Shown here one piece after another: positions 19,458-29,269 of a DNA stretch of 64,000 nt. The notes under the pieces are model-generated. The model did no database searches. It saw nothing but the letters and a program-made list of their open reading frames with translations, and was not told the origin of the DNA. The position numbers were made by a program, and so were the translations under genes. The DNA is from a virus. Numbering within the stretch: position 1 is the stretch's first letter; each line of letters begins with the position of its first letter. Where the stretch lies: IMG/VR virus record IMGVR_UViG_3300010396_000002, positions 1 through 64,000 of that record. One strand, given 5' to 3'.

Positions 19458-19678
19458 TCGACGACGATGATGTCCGTGACTTCGCGCTGCTCAGCAACCC
19501 GCAGACCAAGCTCGGAGCGATCCTCACGCTCATCGTGCTGGTCGTGCTCGCCGTGATCGCGAGCATGAACGATGACGAGTGCGCGCAGCGGACGTGCCCC
19601 GCTGGGCAGACGCCGAAGCTGATGAAGCACGAGTGCCTGTGCGTCACGATCGCGAAGGAACCTGGCGCAAGGCCATGA
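19454..19678 (+). CDS. Small membrane protein with Cys-rich tail
   Basis: One TM helix, four Cys; GGAGG RBS. Confidence 0.55.
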   Translation: MIDDDDVRDFALLSNPQTKLGAILTLIVLVVLAVIASMNDDECAQRTCPAGQTPKLMKHECLCVTIAKEPGARP

Positions 19679-20106
19679 TCACGCACCGGGAACGCCAGAA
19701 GCTCCAACAGATCCGCTTGCAGGTCTATGGCGCCGTCCCTCGCGTCGTCTGCAAGGGGCTCTGCACCGCAGCCTGTGGCCCGCTCTTCATGTCGATGCTC
19801 GAGGCCAAGCAGATCGAGGCGGTGAGCGGCAAGGCCCCGCACGTGACCGAGGATGGGACCTGCGGGCACCTCGTCGCCGGCCGATGCTCGGTCTACGAAC
19901 ACAGGCCCACCGTGTGCCGGATGTACGGGGCGGCGGACGGCCAGATGGTCTGCCCGCACGGCTGCGAGCCGCAGCGCAGGCTCACCAAGCCGGAGGCCAC
20001 CGTGCTCGCCGCCACCGCGGAGAAGCTTGGCGGCGGCCGCGCCGTCAGCATCGGTGGCCTCGAGTACCTGGAGCGTCGCGTCGCCGAGATGCACGGCTCC
20101 GACTGA
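19675..20106 (+). CDS. YkgJ-family cysteine-cluster protein
   Basis: CKGLCTAACGP...CGHL...CSVYEHRPTVCRMYG. Confidence 0.8.
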   Translation: MITHRERQKLQQIRLQVYGAVPRVVCKGLCTAACGPLFMSMLEAKQIEAVSGKAPHVTEDGTCGHLVAGRCSVYEHRPTVCRMYGAADGQMVCPHGCEPQRRLTKPEATVLAATAEKLGGGRAVSIGGLEYLERRVAEMHGSD

Positions 20107-20117
20107 CCCGCGCGCGA

Positions 20118-20161
20118 CTGTCACACAGTCGCTTGACCCATCCCGATCGCTGTGTGACAGT
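20118..20161 (+). promoter_or_regulatory. Promoter flanked by two operator-like boxes
   Basis: CTGTCACACAG 20118-20128 and CTGTGTGACAG 20150-20160; TTGACC-N17-GACAGT. Confidence 0.7.
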
Positions 20162-20202
20162 CGTCCAAGGCGTCGATCTTGCGATGCCCGAGGGAGATCA
20201 TC

Positions 20203-20451
20203 ATGAACGTTCGCCATGTCATCGCGGTTGGTGTTGTCTCGGCTTTGCTTGCGCTCACCGTAGCCTCGGGCTGCTCGTCGTCGACGACCAACCCTGGCTG
20301 CCAGACGTCGGCCTGCTCCAACCCAACCTGCCCGTCAGGATGCGTCGCGGATCCGTACACCTACCTCGGTCAGTCGTGGTGGGAGTGCGATCCGGACGGG
20401 AGCGGCGACACCACCGCGGATAGCTGCCCGACGTGTGCGGCGTGCCAGTGA
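20203..20451 (+). CDS. Cys-rich lipoprotein
   Basis: Signal peptide with ASGC lipobox followed by multiple Cys. Confidence 0.65.
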   Translation: MNVRHVIAVGVVSALLALTVASGCSSSTTNPGCQTSACSNPTCPSGCVADPYTYLGQSWWECDPDGSGDTTADSCPTCAACQ

Positions 20452-20636
20452 GGCGCGAGATCGGCGACGTGATGCAGTGCGAGGCGCATGACCTCGTGCG
20501 GACCGAGGACGACGCGGTCGACATCCGCTGCCCCAACATGGGCCGGGTCATCCGCGAGCGGGACGAGTTCGGGCACGCCAGGCTCCGCGCCGTGTGCATG
20601 GCGCATGGGCTCGCGAGCGCGATGACCGTCAACTAG
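20448..20636 (+). CDS. Hypothetical protein
   Basis: GTGA-coupled; four Cys/His ligands. Confidence 0.4.
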   Translation: MRREIGDVMQCEAHDLVRTEDDAVDIRCPNMGRVIRERDEFGHARLRAVCMAHGLASAMTVN

Positions 20637-20645
20637 GATCTGCCC

Positions 20646-21632
20646 ATGCGGGTCCTCCTCCTGCACCTCGACGGTAAGCTCCCGAACCTTGCCCTGATGC
20701 GTCTCGCCGCGCATCACCGGGGCCTCGGCGACGAGGTCGTGCTGCGTCATGCTCCAACGGAGCGCGCCGTCGAGCCGGAGATTGGGGACGCCTTCGACCG
20801 GGTGTTCGCCTCGGCAATCTTCGAGCGCACGCGCCCGGTCGCTGAACGGCTTCGCGCCATCCGGCCCGACGCCATCATCGGGGGCACGGGCTGGGATCTG
20901 CGCGCGACGCTCGAGGACGTCGGCGTGCCGTCGCGAGGCCCGCTCGACTACAGCGTCTACCCGCGCTTCGCGGCATCGGTCGGCTTTACCCAGCGTGGAT
21001 GCCGCCTCCGGTGCGAGTTCTGCGTTGTCCCTCGCAAGGAGGGCGCCGCGCGCGAGGAGAACACCATCGCCAACATCTGGCGCGGCGAGCCGCACCCGCG
21101 CCATGTGCTCCTGCTCGACAACGACTTCTTCGGCGTGCCGGGCTGGCGCGACCGCATCGATGAACTGCGCTCGGGCGGCTTCCGGGTCTGCTTCTCCCAG
21201 GGCATCAACGCCCGCATGTTGAGCGAGGAGGCCGCGCTCGCACTGGCCTCGGTCGACTACCGCGACGACTCGTTCAAGGCGAAGCGCATCTACACGGCAT
21301 GGGACAGCCGCGAAGACGAGGGCGTGCTCTTCCGAGGGCTCGATCGGCTCGCCGTGGCCGGCGTGAAGCCCGATCACGTCATGGTCTACATGCTCATCGG
21401 CTTCTGGGGCGGCGAGACGCACGCGGACCGTGAGCATCGGCGCCAGCGCCTCCGCGCATGGGGGGCGCGCCCGTACCCGATGCCCTACCACCGCACGCCG
21501 GAGCTGCTCGGCTACGCACGCTGGGTCATCGGCGCGTACGACAAGGGCATCCCGTGGGCCGACTGGGTGGCGGCGCGGTACCAGCCCGCGGGGCTCGGCG
21601 ACCGCTCTGGCGCGCAGGAGAAGCTGTTCTAG
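20646..21632 (+). CDS. Radical SAM protein
   Basis: LPNLALMRL N-terminus; TQRGCRLRCEFC (CxxxCxxC); LLDNDF; SQGINAR. Confidence 0.9.
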   Translation: MRVLLLHLDGKLPNLALMRLAAHHRGLGDEVVLRHAPTERAVEPEIGDAFDRVFASAIFERTRPVAERLRAIRPDAIIGGTGWDLRATLEDVGVPSRGPLDYSVYPRFAASVGFTQRGCRLRCEFCVVPRKEGAAREENTIANIWRGEPHPRHVLLLDNDFFGVPGWRDRIDELRSGGFRVCFSQGINARMLSEEAALALASVDYRDDSFKAKRIYTAWDSREDEGVLFRGLDRLAVAGVKPDHVMVYMLIGFWGGETHADREHRRQRLRAWGARPYPMPYHRTPELLGYARWVIGAYDKGIPWADWVAARYQPAGLGDRSGAQEKLF

Positions 21633-21961
21633 GGGCAGGCGTCGACCGCGGCACAGGACGGCGCGGCGATGCGGCAGGCGAGGTCGTAGCGGGCGATCCC
21701 GTTCTGGGTCGCCTCGCACCTATCCAGGCAGGTCTTGCCCTCGGGAGAGGGCTTCGCGCCGGGGCATCCCCCATCGGGAACGAGCGCCAGCAGGTGGGCG
21801 CAGTACACCGCGCAGGGCGTCATGCCGTCGGGCACGGTGACCACTGCGGGGGAGGGCTTGCCGGCGGCCGGCGCGCTCGAGGATGGCGACGGCGCAGCGC
21901 CGCGTGCAGGGCAGCCGGCGCAGCCAGCAACGAAGAGCAGGAGCAGAACGGAGCGGATCAC
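21629..21961 (-). CDS. Cys-rich lipoprotein
   Basis: MIRSVLLLLFVAGC lipobox; CAVYCAHL...C...CLDRC...C. Confidence 0.65.
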   Translation of the reverse strand: MIRSVLLLLFVAGCAGCPARGAAPSPSSSAPAAGKPSPAVVTVPDGMTPCAVYCAHLLALVPDGGCPGAKPSPEGKTCLDRCEATQNGIARYDLACRIAAPSCAAVDACP

Positions 21962-22431
21962 GGGGCCTCCTTGGCGGCGATGTTGGCCTCGAGCGCAGGG
22001 CACCCGGGGACGCAACCCCAGGCGCTGACGTCGCCGACCTCCGCGCTCGTCGCCGGCGACGCGCACCCGGGGTGGTGACCGAAGGCGGGCACGCGCGCGC
22101 TGTTCGGCGGCCAGTCGCGCGTCTCGGCCACGATGCGCTGACCGTACGCCTCGACGAGGCCCTTGAGCTTGAACGCGTCCTCCTTTGACAGGCACGGCAC
22201 GTACTGGTCATCGGCGGGGTTCGGTCCGTCGAAGCTCAGGCCCCAGTGCGTTCCGGTTTCGTCGACGTTCTCGGTCACGAGCAGAGCGCCGATGGTGACG
22301 GGATCGACGTCGCCGATGGAGAACGAGCGCTGGATGGACGCCATCCTGTGGGTGCAGAAGAGCGTCGTCGCGCCGCACTGCTCGCACGGCAGAAGCATCG
22401 GCGGGGGCATCGGGTGCGCGGGCGGCATCAC
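21958..22431 (-). CDS. Hypothetical protein
   Basis: Coupled at both ends; Cys/His clusters. Confidence 0.5.
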   Translation of the reverse strand: MMPPAHPMPPPMLLPCEQCGATTLFCTHRMASIQRSFSIGDVDPVTIGALLVTENVDETGTHWGLSFDGPNPADDQYVPCLSKEDAFKLKGLVEAYGQRIVAETRDWPPNSARVPAFGHHPGCASPATSAEVGDVSAWGCVPGCPALEANIAAKEAP

Positions 22432-23336
22432 GCGCCTCCCCTCTGGAACATGGGCACGCGCTTCACGATCGTGAGCTGCGTTCCCACGTCAAGCACGTAG
22501 CCATGGCTGAACCAGACGTACGCGAACGGGCCCTCGCCCCAGCTCATGTGCACCTTGAACGAGATCGAGCCGTCGGCCTCGGTCCGGTGCCCGACGATGT
22601 GGAGAGCGTGCCCGCCGACCACCTGCTTCGGCGACGGCGCATCGACCGCCACGTTCGGGTCGAATGCCTCGTCGCAGAACGGCTGGCTCACGTTCACCCC
22701 GATGAGGGGGCTGTGCTTGTCGACGGCGAGCGCGTGCACGAGGTCGAGCAGACGCTGGTCCTGGCTCTCATCGTCGATGCCGAGCACGACGAGCTCGCCG
22801 CGGTTGTCGAAGCCGAGCCGCTCGGCCTCCTGGTCGGGCCGGAGCCGGTACTTGCACGTCGGCCCGTCGTTCGCCGGGTCGTAGCTCGGGTCGTATGGCC
22901 ACGCGCTCTCGGGCGGCAGGCCCATGGCACTGATCCCCGCGCACACAGAGGCGTGCGAGGAGCCGGCGTCGCTGTCCTGCCTCTGGAACTGCGCCATGAA
23001 GGTGCCGCTGGCGCCGGCGACGCTCATGTAGTCGTAGTAGCGGCCCCAGAAGTAGAGGGCGTACGCCGATGAGCGCACGACATTCTGCCTTGCCTGCTCG
23101 AGGTTGGCGCCGCCGACGACGAGCGCGGCCACGTCGCCGTTGATGATCGCCTGCGATGTCGAGACGCCCGTGCACTGCCCAAGCGGGCCTTGGTCCGCCG
23201 TGCCGAGCACGTCGAAGGACGAGATGTCGCTCGTCGGCGGGAGGCCGGTGAGCAGCGCGCCCCGGGGGGCCTGGTACCGCTTCGTGGTGCGCTGCGCCGG
23301 CTTGTCGCGCAGCCAGCCGAGGCCGCGGGCGCTCAT
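22428..23336 (-). CDS. Papain-like (C1) cysteine peptidase
   Basis: GLGWLRD; DQGPLGQCT (Gln, Cys); GGHALHIVG (His); HMSWG where NSWG is usual. Confidence 0.8.
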   Translation of the reverse strand: MSARGLGWLRDKPAQRTTKRYQAPRGALLTGLPPTSDISSFDVLGTADQGPLGQCTGVSTSQAIINGDVAALVVGGANLEQARQNVVRSSAYALYFWGRYYDYMSVAGASGTFMAQFQRQDSDAGSSHASVCAGISAMGLPPESAWPYDPSYDPANDGPTCKYRLRPDQEAERLGFDNRGELVVLGIDDESQDQRLLDLVHALAVDKHSPLIGVNVSQPFCDEAFDPNVAVDAPSPKQVVGGHALHIVGHRTEADGSISFKVHMSWGEGPFAYVWFSHGYVLDVGTQLTIVKRVPMFQRGGA

Positions 23337-23683
23337 GCTGCCCTCGGATCGTCGGCGACGAGATCGCCCGTAGCGGACATGTAGCAGACACGCTGGCAGC
23401 GGTCGCAGAACGCGTCCTCGTCGGAGTTGATTGTGCGGGCGACGAGCTCGTCGTCCTGGTGGCAGAACGGGCAGAGACCAGCAAGCGCTGCCCGCGCCTC
23501 GTCGTCGGCCGGGTCGTAGGTGCGCGCGAAGATGTCGGGCTTGCACGGGTACTGCTCGCCCTTCACCCCGGTGATGATCCAGTCCCCAGGTTCGGCGCGC
23601 ATGGTGCCTTCCAGGGTCTGGATCTCTTCGGCCACGACCGCGCGCCGCGCCTCGATCACGACCGGCTTCTTGCGGAACTTCAT
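23333..23683 (-). CDS. Conserved phage protein (PGDYG-like domain)
   Basis: [11 protein letters not shown]...[32 protein letters not shown]. Confidence 0.8.
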   Translation of the reverse strand: MKFRKKPVVIEARRAVVAEEIQTLEGTMRAEPGDWIITGVKGEQYPCKPDIFARTYDPADDEARAALAGLCPFCHQDDELVARTINSDEDAFCDRCQRVCYMSATGDLVADDPRAA

Positions 23684-24042
23684 CGGGCACCTCCAGCGAG
23701 GTGCAGCGCCATCACCGGCGGCCGCGAGACGTCCGTGGTGCCGTCGGGGTACCGGCCGGCGAAGGCGCGCTTCGCGGCGTGCCAGTCGGTGCCGGAGTAG
23801 ACCAGTTCCGCCGTGAGCTGGATCCGATGGCGCATCTCCGGCGAACCGGAGGGCAGCGGCCGGAGCCACCTGTCCTTCTCGTCGGTGCCCGTCTCCGTGG
23901 GCCAGCGGTAGACCTCCCACCGCGCCGGCAGGAGCGGGCCCCAGACGCGGAGGAGCTGGTGATGTCCGTGGAAGTCCTCCTGCGCGAAGCCGAACGGCGC
24001 GAGCCCGACGACGCGCAGCCAGCGGATGATGCGGTCCATCAT
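23680..24042 (-). CDS. Hypothetical protein
   Basis: ATGA-coupled, GGAGG RBS. Confidence 0.5.
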   Translation of the reverse strand: MMDRIIRWLRVVGLAPFGFAQEDFHGHHQLLRVWGPLLPARWEVYRWPTETGTDEKDRWLRPLPSGSPEMRHRIQLTAELVYSGTDWHAAKRAFAGRYPDGTTDVSRPPVMALHLAGGAR

Positions 24043-24374
24043 GCGCCTCCCTTCTCGGCGGGCTCGTCGTCGAGCGGCATGACCTTGACGCGCCCCATGC
24101 CGCGGCAGAACGAGCACGGCGTCGGTGGCGTGTGCTCGCTGGTCCCGTCACCGTGCCAGACCGACCGGCCGTCGAGGTGATGCCCGAGGCCATGGCAGTA
24201 CGGGCACGGCACGCCGCGCGCCACCGGGTCATCCTCGACGCGCCGGATGATGCCGGGCGGCTTGCTGAAGCCCGCCAAGGATGTGGTCTGGCGAAGCTCC
24301 GACTCGAAGAGACGGCGCGCGGCAGATGACGCGTCGACGAGAGCCCCCTCCAGGTGAGCCGGGAGATGGTTCAT
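24039..24374 (-). CDS. DnaJ-type Zn-finger small protein
   Basis: CPYCHGLG...CSFCRGMG. Confidence 0.6.
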   Translation of the reverse strand: MNHLPAHLEGALVDASSAARRLFESELRQTTSLAGFSKPPGIIRRVEDDPVARGVPCPYCHGLGHHLDGRSVWHGDGTSEHTPPTPCSFCRGMGRVKVMPLDDEPAEKGGA

Positions 24375-24952
24375 CGACGCACCCCCCTGGCCCTGACCTG
24401 CTGCTCCCGGATGATCGCCCGCTTCTCGGCGGCCAGGATCAGCGCGTGGAGCTCCGGGCAGGCCCACTGGTGGAGCGGGTCGCCGGGGATCGGGGTTGCG
24501 ACGCAGTGCGGGTCAACCTTGAAGTGGGCGTGCCGACGCGGGGCAGCAGCCAGCACGGGAGCGCCGGCGTCCGTGAGCGCACCGCCATCGGGCACGCTCG
24601 CGACGGGAGCTGGCGCGCCGGCGTCGACGGGCTCGACCGTCTCGGCGGCGACGATCTCCTGCTCCACGGCTGGGCAGATCAGCGCGATCAGCCCGCTGAA
24701 GGGGCCGACGAAGGGCACCGGCGCGAGGTCCGGTCCGAGGCTGGCGCAGAGCGGTCCGGCAATCGCGTTTGCCTCGACGGCTTCGGCTAGCGAAAGACGG
24801 CAGGCCGCGGCGCCGACGGCGAGCACCACGGCGGCCAGGGTGACGTGGACCCAGAAGGGCCACCGATGCGGGGTGACCTCACGCGGGCGAGGGGCAGGGA
24901 CACGGTAGGGGGACGGCACATGGTCCTTTCCGGCGCGCGTGAGGGCGCGCAC
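24371..24952 (-). CDS. Putative lipoprotein/secreted protein
   Basis: Hydrophobic stretch ending AAAC; DAG/DGG low-complexity region; start uncertain. Confidence 0.5.
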   Translation of the reverse strand: MRALTRAGKDHVPSPYRVPAPRPREVTPHRWPFWVHVTLAAVVLAVGAAACRLSLAEAVEANAIAGPLCASLGPDLAPVPFVGPFSGLIALICPAVEQEIVAAETVEPVDAGAPAPVASVPDGGALTDAGAPVLAAAPRRHAHFKVDPHCVATPIPGDPLHQWACPELHALILAAEKRAIIREQQVRARGVRR

Positions 24953-25131
24953 AGCCGGAACGTACCATGTGCCCGCCCTGGGCGGGATCAGGGGTAGTGC
25001 CCTAATTTGCCTCCGAGTGCCCTAATTAGGGCAGGATCCACGCATCCGGGCGCATGCTGCAAGCGCCGCCCCGAGCCGTTAGCGCGACCCGGGGCGACTT
25101 GACGCAACCTCATACCCCGAGGGTACGCCCG

Positions 25132-25455
25132 ATGCTCAGACTCGTTCATCCGCCTCCGGGCGGCAACGGCTCCCCTGCGCCCGCTCGGCGCAAGGGCCGT
25201 CCGTCGCCCGCTCTCTCCCTCACGCCCGACGAAGCGCGCGCGGTCCGTGCCGCAGCCCACAACATCGCCCGCTCTCACTTCGGCACCCTGCGCAAGCTCG
25301 CCGCCGCGCTGGGGGTCTTGCCGAACACGCTCACGCGCAAGGACAAGCGCCCCTCCCCGGGGCTTGCGGTCGCGCTTGCTCGCGTCTCGGGCCTCTCTGT
25401 CGACGTCGTGCTCGGGCGCTCCGGGCTCGCCTCCCTGCCCGGGGGTGCGTCATGA
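25132..25455 (+). CDS. HTH DNA-binding protein (IS passenger)
   Basis: TLRKLAAALGVLPNTL...RPSPGLAVALARVSGLSVDVVL; TTGACG upstream. Confidence 0.7.
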   Translation: MLRLVHPPPGGNGSPAPARRKGRPSPALSLTPDEARAVRAAAHNIARSHFGTLRKLAAALGVLPNTLTRKDKRPSPGLAVALARVSGLSVDVVLGRSGLASLPGGAS

Positions 25456-25676
25456 GCGAGCGTGTTCCTGCGAGCGCCTTCTGCGAGCTGACGATCGTTG
25501 ACCTTGAAGGACGCGTCCGGGTCTGCGGCGGGCTTGCGGTCACGACCCGCACCGTCAACGGGCGACGGTGCTTCGTCTGCGCTGCGTGCGCTCCCTGCCG
25601 TGACAAGGGCGAGATCCGCAAGGCCGTGCCGATCAAGCTCCCGCCCCCGAAGGGGCCGCCTCGGAGGCGCCGATGA
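25452..25676 (+). CDS. Small Cys-rich protein (IS passenger)
   Basis: ATGA-coupled; multiple Cys. Confidence 0.5.
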   Translation: MSERVPASAFCELTIVDLEGRVRVCGGLAVTTRTVNGRRCFVCAACAPCRDKGEIRKAVPIKLPPPKGPPRRRR

Positions 25677-25864
25677 ACGCCGCACGAGACGACGGGCACT
25701 GTCACGGGCCCGAGTGCTTCCGCAACGACGGCGAGCCCGTCGACGTGTGCGCGTGCGACTGCGATCGGTGCGTCGCCGCGCGCGAAGCCTTGCTCCGTGA
25801 GCAGGGCGAAGCCGACGAGCACGGCGACCCTTGCGGCTGCGGCTGCGGCGGGCCCTGCCTGTAG
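25673..25864 (+). CDS. Small Cys-rich acidic protein (IS passenger)
   Basis: ATGA-coupled; CACDCDRC, CGCGCGGPC. Confidence 0.5.
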   Translation: MNAARDDGHCHGPECFRNDGEPVDVCACDCDRCVAAREALLREQGEADEHGDPCGCGCGGPCL

Positions 25865-25873
25865 CTCCCCGCC

Positions 25874-27016
25874 TCACTCATCCTCCCCGAACAGCGACAA
25901 CTGCGACCCGAGCGGCGGCAACGGCTTCGCCGCCCGGGGGCGCCACGCCAGCAAGTCCAGTTGCCCGCTCGCGTCTGCCTGCGGAGGCATCGGCGCGGCC
26001 GGTGCAGGCTCGACGGGCGGAGGGCTCGGCGGAGCGGGTGCAGGGCCCCCAGGCGTCGAGGGCACGACGCGAAGGAAGCCCCGGCCCGACGGGAGCGGGC
26101 GAGCCGTCGTGACGGGCTCCCGGTAGGCGAGCGGCTTCGCCCGAGGCTTCTCCCCGGCAGGCTCGTCCAGCGCAAGCACCATCAGCTCTTCCACGCTCCA
26201 CACGTGATCCGTGATGCCAGCGGCCATCGCGGATGTCTCGCGCATCTCGCGCGGCGTGCGAGGGATCCAGCACAGGTTCCGGTACACGTACTGCAAGTCG
26301 ACCGCTGCGGCGTGCCGGTCAACGCGCTTCGAGAAGCACAGCGTGCGGCGCACAAGGCGACTGTTCCAACAGCGATTCGTCCCGTTGCCGCGCTCGATCG
26401 CGAACGTCGTCGCAGCGTCGAGATCGGGAGCACCGAAGATCACGCGCTTCTCAATGAAGCTGACGCCGCTCCCGGGGGAGAACTTCTCAGCAACGCCCGT
26501 GCGGCCTCCGCCTCGCGCGGATAGGCGTTTGACTTGCTGCGCGTAATCGACACCGTATCCGAAGTGCTTCGCGATCGGTTTGACGTATAGCTCGCATCCG
26601 TCGGTTGTGATCTGCGGCATCGTCGACAGACGCGAGCGCGCATCGGCGACAACGATATCAGCGCTCTCAGCATCACGCTTCCCGACGTGCCATGCCACAG
26701 TCAGACGCGACGTCCGGCAGAGTGCCGCCCACGACCACTGCTCACCTGACGTCGACTCGTCATGACGGGACGGGTCAAGGTTCGGTTGACGAACGCCACA
26801 CCATGAGTGCTGTTCGTCTAGGTCAAGGTACGAACATGCGATGTCACGCACGAGCCTGTCATGTAGGCGAGCACAGCCGACTCCGACCGCGAAGCCGAGG
26901 CGACCGATCGTGTCCTGATGACATCCGGTCAACCGAGACGTTGCCCGGTTGCCGTTGCCGTTGACGAGCGCTGTCAAAACCTCGACGCGCTTCTCGTGCG
27001 CGAGCACGTTCGCCAC
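25874..27016 (-). CDS. IS1-family DDE transposase
   Basis: N-terminal HTH; LDEQHSW, WSWAA...VGKRD, TTDGCELY, IERGN...RLVRRTLCFSK; probable GTG start 27016. Confidence 0.88.
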   Translation of the reverse strand: MANVLAHEKRVEVLTALVNGNGNRATSRLTGCHQDTIGRLGFAVGVGCARLHDRLVRDIACSYLDLDEQHSWCGVRQPNLDPSRHDESTSGEQWSWAALCRTSRLTVAWHVGKRDAESADIVVADARSRLSTMPQITTDGCELYVKPIAKHFGYGVDYAQQVKRLSARGGGRTGVAEKFSPGSGVSFIEKRVIFGAPDLDAATTFAIERGNGTNRCWNSRLVRRTLCFSKRVDRHAAAVDLQYVYRNLCWIPRTPREMRETSAMAAGITDHVWSVEELMVLALDEPAGEKPRAKPLAYREPVTTARPLPSGRGFLRVVPSTPGGPAPAPPSPPPVEPAPAAPMPPQADASGQLDLLAWRPRAAKPLPPLGSQLSLFGEDE

Positions 27017-27535
27017 AGGGGAGCCCTTGCCTTGCCAAGGCCGTAGGGGCATCCTCCGGATGCGGACGTCGGGCGCCCCTAGCGCTCGGCACTCTGTGAC
27101 CCCGGCGGCGCTTGCAACACCGTCGGGGTCTTCTGCTTCGGGGGACATCCCCGAAAGCAGGGCTAGGATCGCACGGTAGAGCGCGGGAAGCAGGGGAAAG
27201 AGGCGAGCGGGCGGACATTACGGGTCCGCTCGGGGCGAGACGGAAGGGGCGGGGAGGAGGACTCCCGCGGACGGGCGCGGGGGCAACGCATCCGCCCGCG
27301 GGCACGGTCCTAGCAAGATAGAACGGCCCCCGTCTTGCTTTTCAGCACCGAATGCACCGTTCTGAGCCCTCCGCGAAGTCCGCTACGCACACCCCCGCCC
27401 CCCTCGCTGCGCCCGATGTTGCGGCGCAGCAAGAAAGCGCCCCGAGGCGGAGGCGATTCGGTCAGGTCATCTGGGAGCCGGTGAAACCGTGGAGATTGAG
27501 TGCGCTCGTATTGCCGGGCGGCACGCGCCTCGTCT

Positions 27536-27808
27536 TCACTTCATCCACGGGAGATGAGCCGCATCAAAAAGCATGACGTGCGAGCAGAAGTTACAGCGGA
27601 ACACGAGCATCGGAAACGTCTCACTCGCGCTCGCAGTGTTGCTCGCAGGATCGAAAGTCGGCGGTGCGATCATGCCGATGTATTGAATCTGCGATTCAGC
27701 GGCCCTGTTCTCGACGCACGCATTGCAGTTGTGGAACAACTCGTTCCCCTGCCCCCATGCCTCGTACTCCGCCTTCTGTTTGTCGGAGAGATTCTTCGGG
27801 TCGGTCAT
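27536..27808 (-). CDS. Zn-ribbon protein, lower GC (IS passenger)
   Basis: CNAC...CNFC; visibly more AT-rich than flanks. Confidence 0.6.
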   Translation of the reverse strand: MTDPKNLSDKQKAEYEAWGQGNELFHNCNACVENRAAESQIQYIGMIAPPTFDPASNTASASETFPMLVFRCNFCSHVMLFDAAHLPWMK

Positions 27809-28233
27809 TGCGAATATCCCCACCCGACCGCTTGACGGATCGATACACTTCGGGCACCATGCCCTCCGTACGGCTCATCGCTGTTCCCGGTCCGTCTGCT
27901 GGGTCGGTCTCGTCGGTCCTGTTCGAGCAGGACCGACGGCTTTTATACGCCCGGAACGGGGGATCAGCAAGCACGGCGCGTGCCTGCCCTTTCGCGCAGC
28001 GTTGCGCGCGCGGGAAGCATGACGCGGCGGCGCCCGTCAACCCCCGCCGTGCCCTGCCCGGACACGGTACGGCCGAGGCGACACGGACCGCGGCGAGCTA
28101 CCCCGCGCCCTCCCCGACCGTGCTCCCTGCCTCGCCGCCCCGCGTCATGCCCGACGGACCGGAGGCGATCCCCCGGGGGTAGGGCGCCTGCCCTAATTTG
28201 AGGCGCGCTTGCCCTAATTAGGGCACTACCGGA

Positions 28234-28713
28234 TCAGGGAGGGGGAAGCATCACGTCGGCGGCGGTGACCGTCACCACGTAGTCGAGCACGTAGGGGACC
28301 TGGCTCTCGATGTAGTCGGCGCCATCCGCGTACTCCTCGACGAGGCCGTAGAACGGCGGGAGCATTCGGCCGGGCCTGTCCCCGGTCTTCGCATACGGCG
28401 AACGGAGCACCAGTTCTACCTTCGGCCAGTGGAGCAGGTGGACGCATGCTTCACTGCCGAGGGCGCGCGCGATCTCCGCCATGATCCCGGCGAGCAACGA
28501 CCCCAGTTCGGAGCCGTCGGGCGTGACCCCGCGGAAGCACTTCCACTGGTACGCCTTCTCGGGCTTCACCGGGAACAGCACGCGCCCCGTCCCGTCGACA
28601 GCCGGGAACACGTTCGACGTCCGCGGGTCCGCCTTCGGGTCGAGCACCGGCGGGCGCCCGAGCACTCGCCGCCACGCATCGTCCACGACCTTCTGGGCTT
28701 GTTCCTGGTTCAT
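28234..28713 (-). CDS. Hypothetical protein
   Basis: GAGG RBS; stop codon lies in IS target duplication. Confidence 0.6.
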   Translation of the reverse strand: MNQEQAQKVVDDAWRRVLGRPPVLDPKADPRTSNVFPAVDGTGRVLFPVKPEKAYQWKCFRGVTPDGSELGSLLAGIMAEIARALGSEACVHLLHWPKVELVLRSPYAKTGDRPGRMLPPFYGLVEEYADGADYIESQVPYVLDYVVTVTAADVMLPPP

Positions 28714-28778
28714 CTGTCCTCGCTTTCGTGCTCCCGGGTGGTGTTCGTCCCGGGCGCTTGCGAGGACAGTACCACGGG

Positions 28779-29135
28779 TCAGGCAGGGAGCGGCTCGACG
28801 TCACCCCCGCCGCCATCGACGCCCAGCGGGATGATCCGCTCGCCGAGTTCGTGCGGGCTCCTGGTGCCAGGCTCCGGGACGGAGGACCCGTCGAACACCA
28901 TGCCGGTCCGCAGGCCGCCCTCACGCCGGAGGGCAGCGATGTCCTCCGCGTGCTTCTCGGGGTCGTCGCCCAGAATGGCGCCGGTCTCCGGGTCCCTGTG
29001 CAGGAAGAAGATCGGGCGGCCGTCGAGTCCGACGAAGGCGATCCAGCTCTTGTCGGCCGGTTCGATGTACCCGGCCCAGCCGGTGGCCTTCGGGTGCTTG
29101 TAGCGCGTGACGTGGATCGACTGCATTTCAGGCAT
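28779..29135 (-). CDS. Hypothetical protein
   Basis: AAAGGAG RBS; GWAGYIEPADKSWIAFV. Confidence 0.6.
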   Translation of the reverse strand: MPEMQSIHVTRYKHPKATGWAGYIEPADKSWIAFVGLDGRPIFFLHRDPETGAILGDDPEKHAEDIAALRREGGLRTGMVFDGSSVPEPGTRSPHELGERIIPLGVDGGGGDVEPLPA

Positions 29136-29269
29136 GAGGGGGCTCCTTTCGAGGTGGAGCGCTCCGCTCATCCCGCGACGCGCGAGAGCCAGCCTACCAT
29201 CAGCCGGGACGTTGGTGCTAGCCTCCGGGTCTGGACGACACCGGCGCGACGGCGCCGAGAGGAGGACCC

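Larger units (their letters stand above)
24993..28230. mobile_element. IS1-family element with passenger genes, 3238 bp
   Basis: Terminal IRs GGTAGTGCCCTAATT / AATTAGGGCACTACC; 8-bp duplication GGATCAGG at 24985-24992 and 28231-28238; internal DDE transposase. Confidence 0.92.

Noticed and set aside
27859-28182. Additional passenger ORF near IS right end
   Set aside because: Has an upstream TACACT but low-complexity translation and poor codon bias; not supported enough
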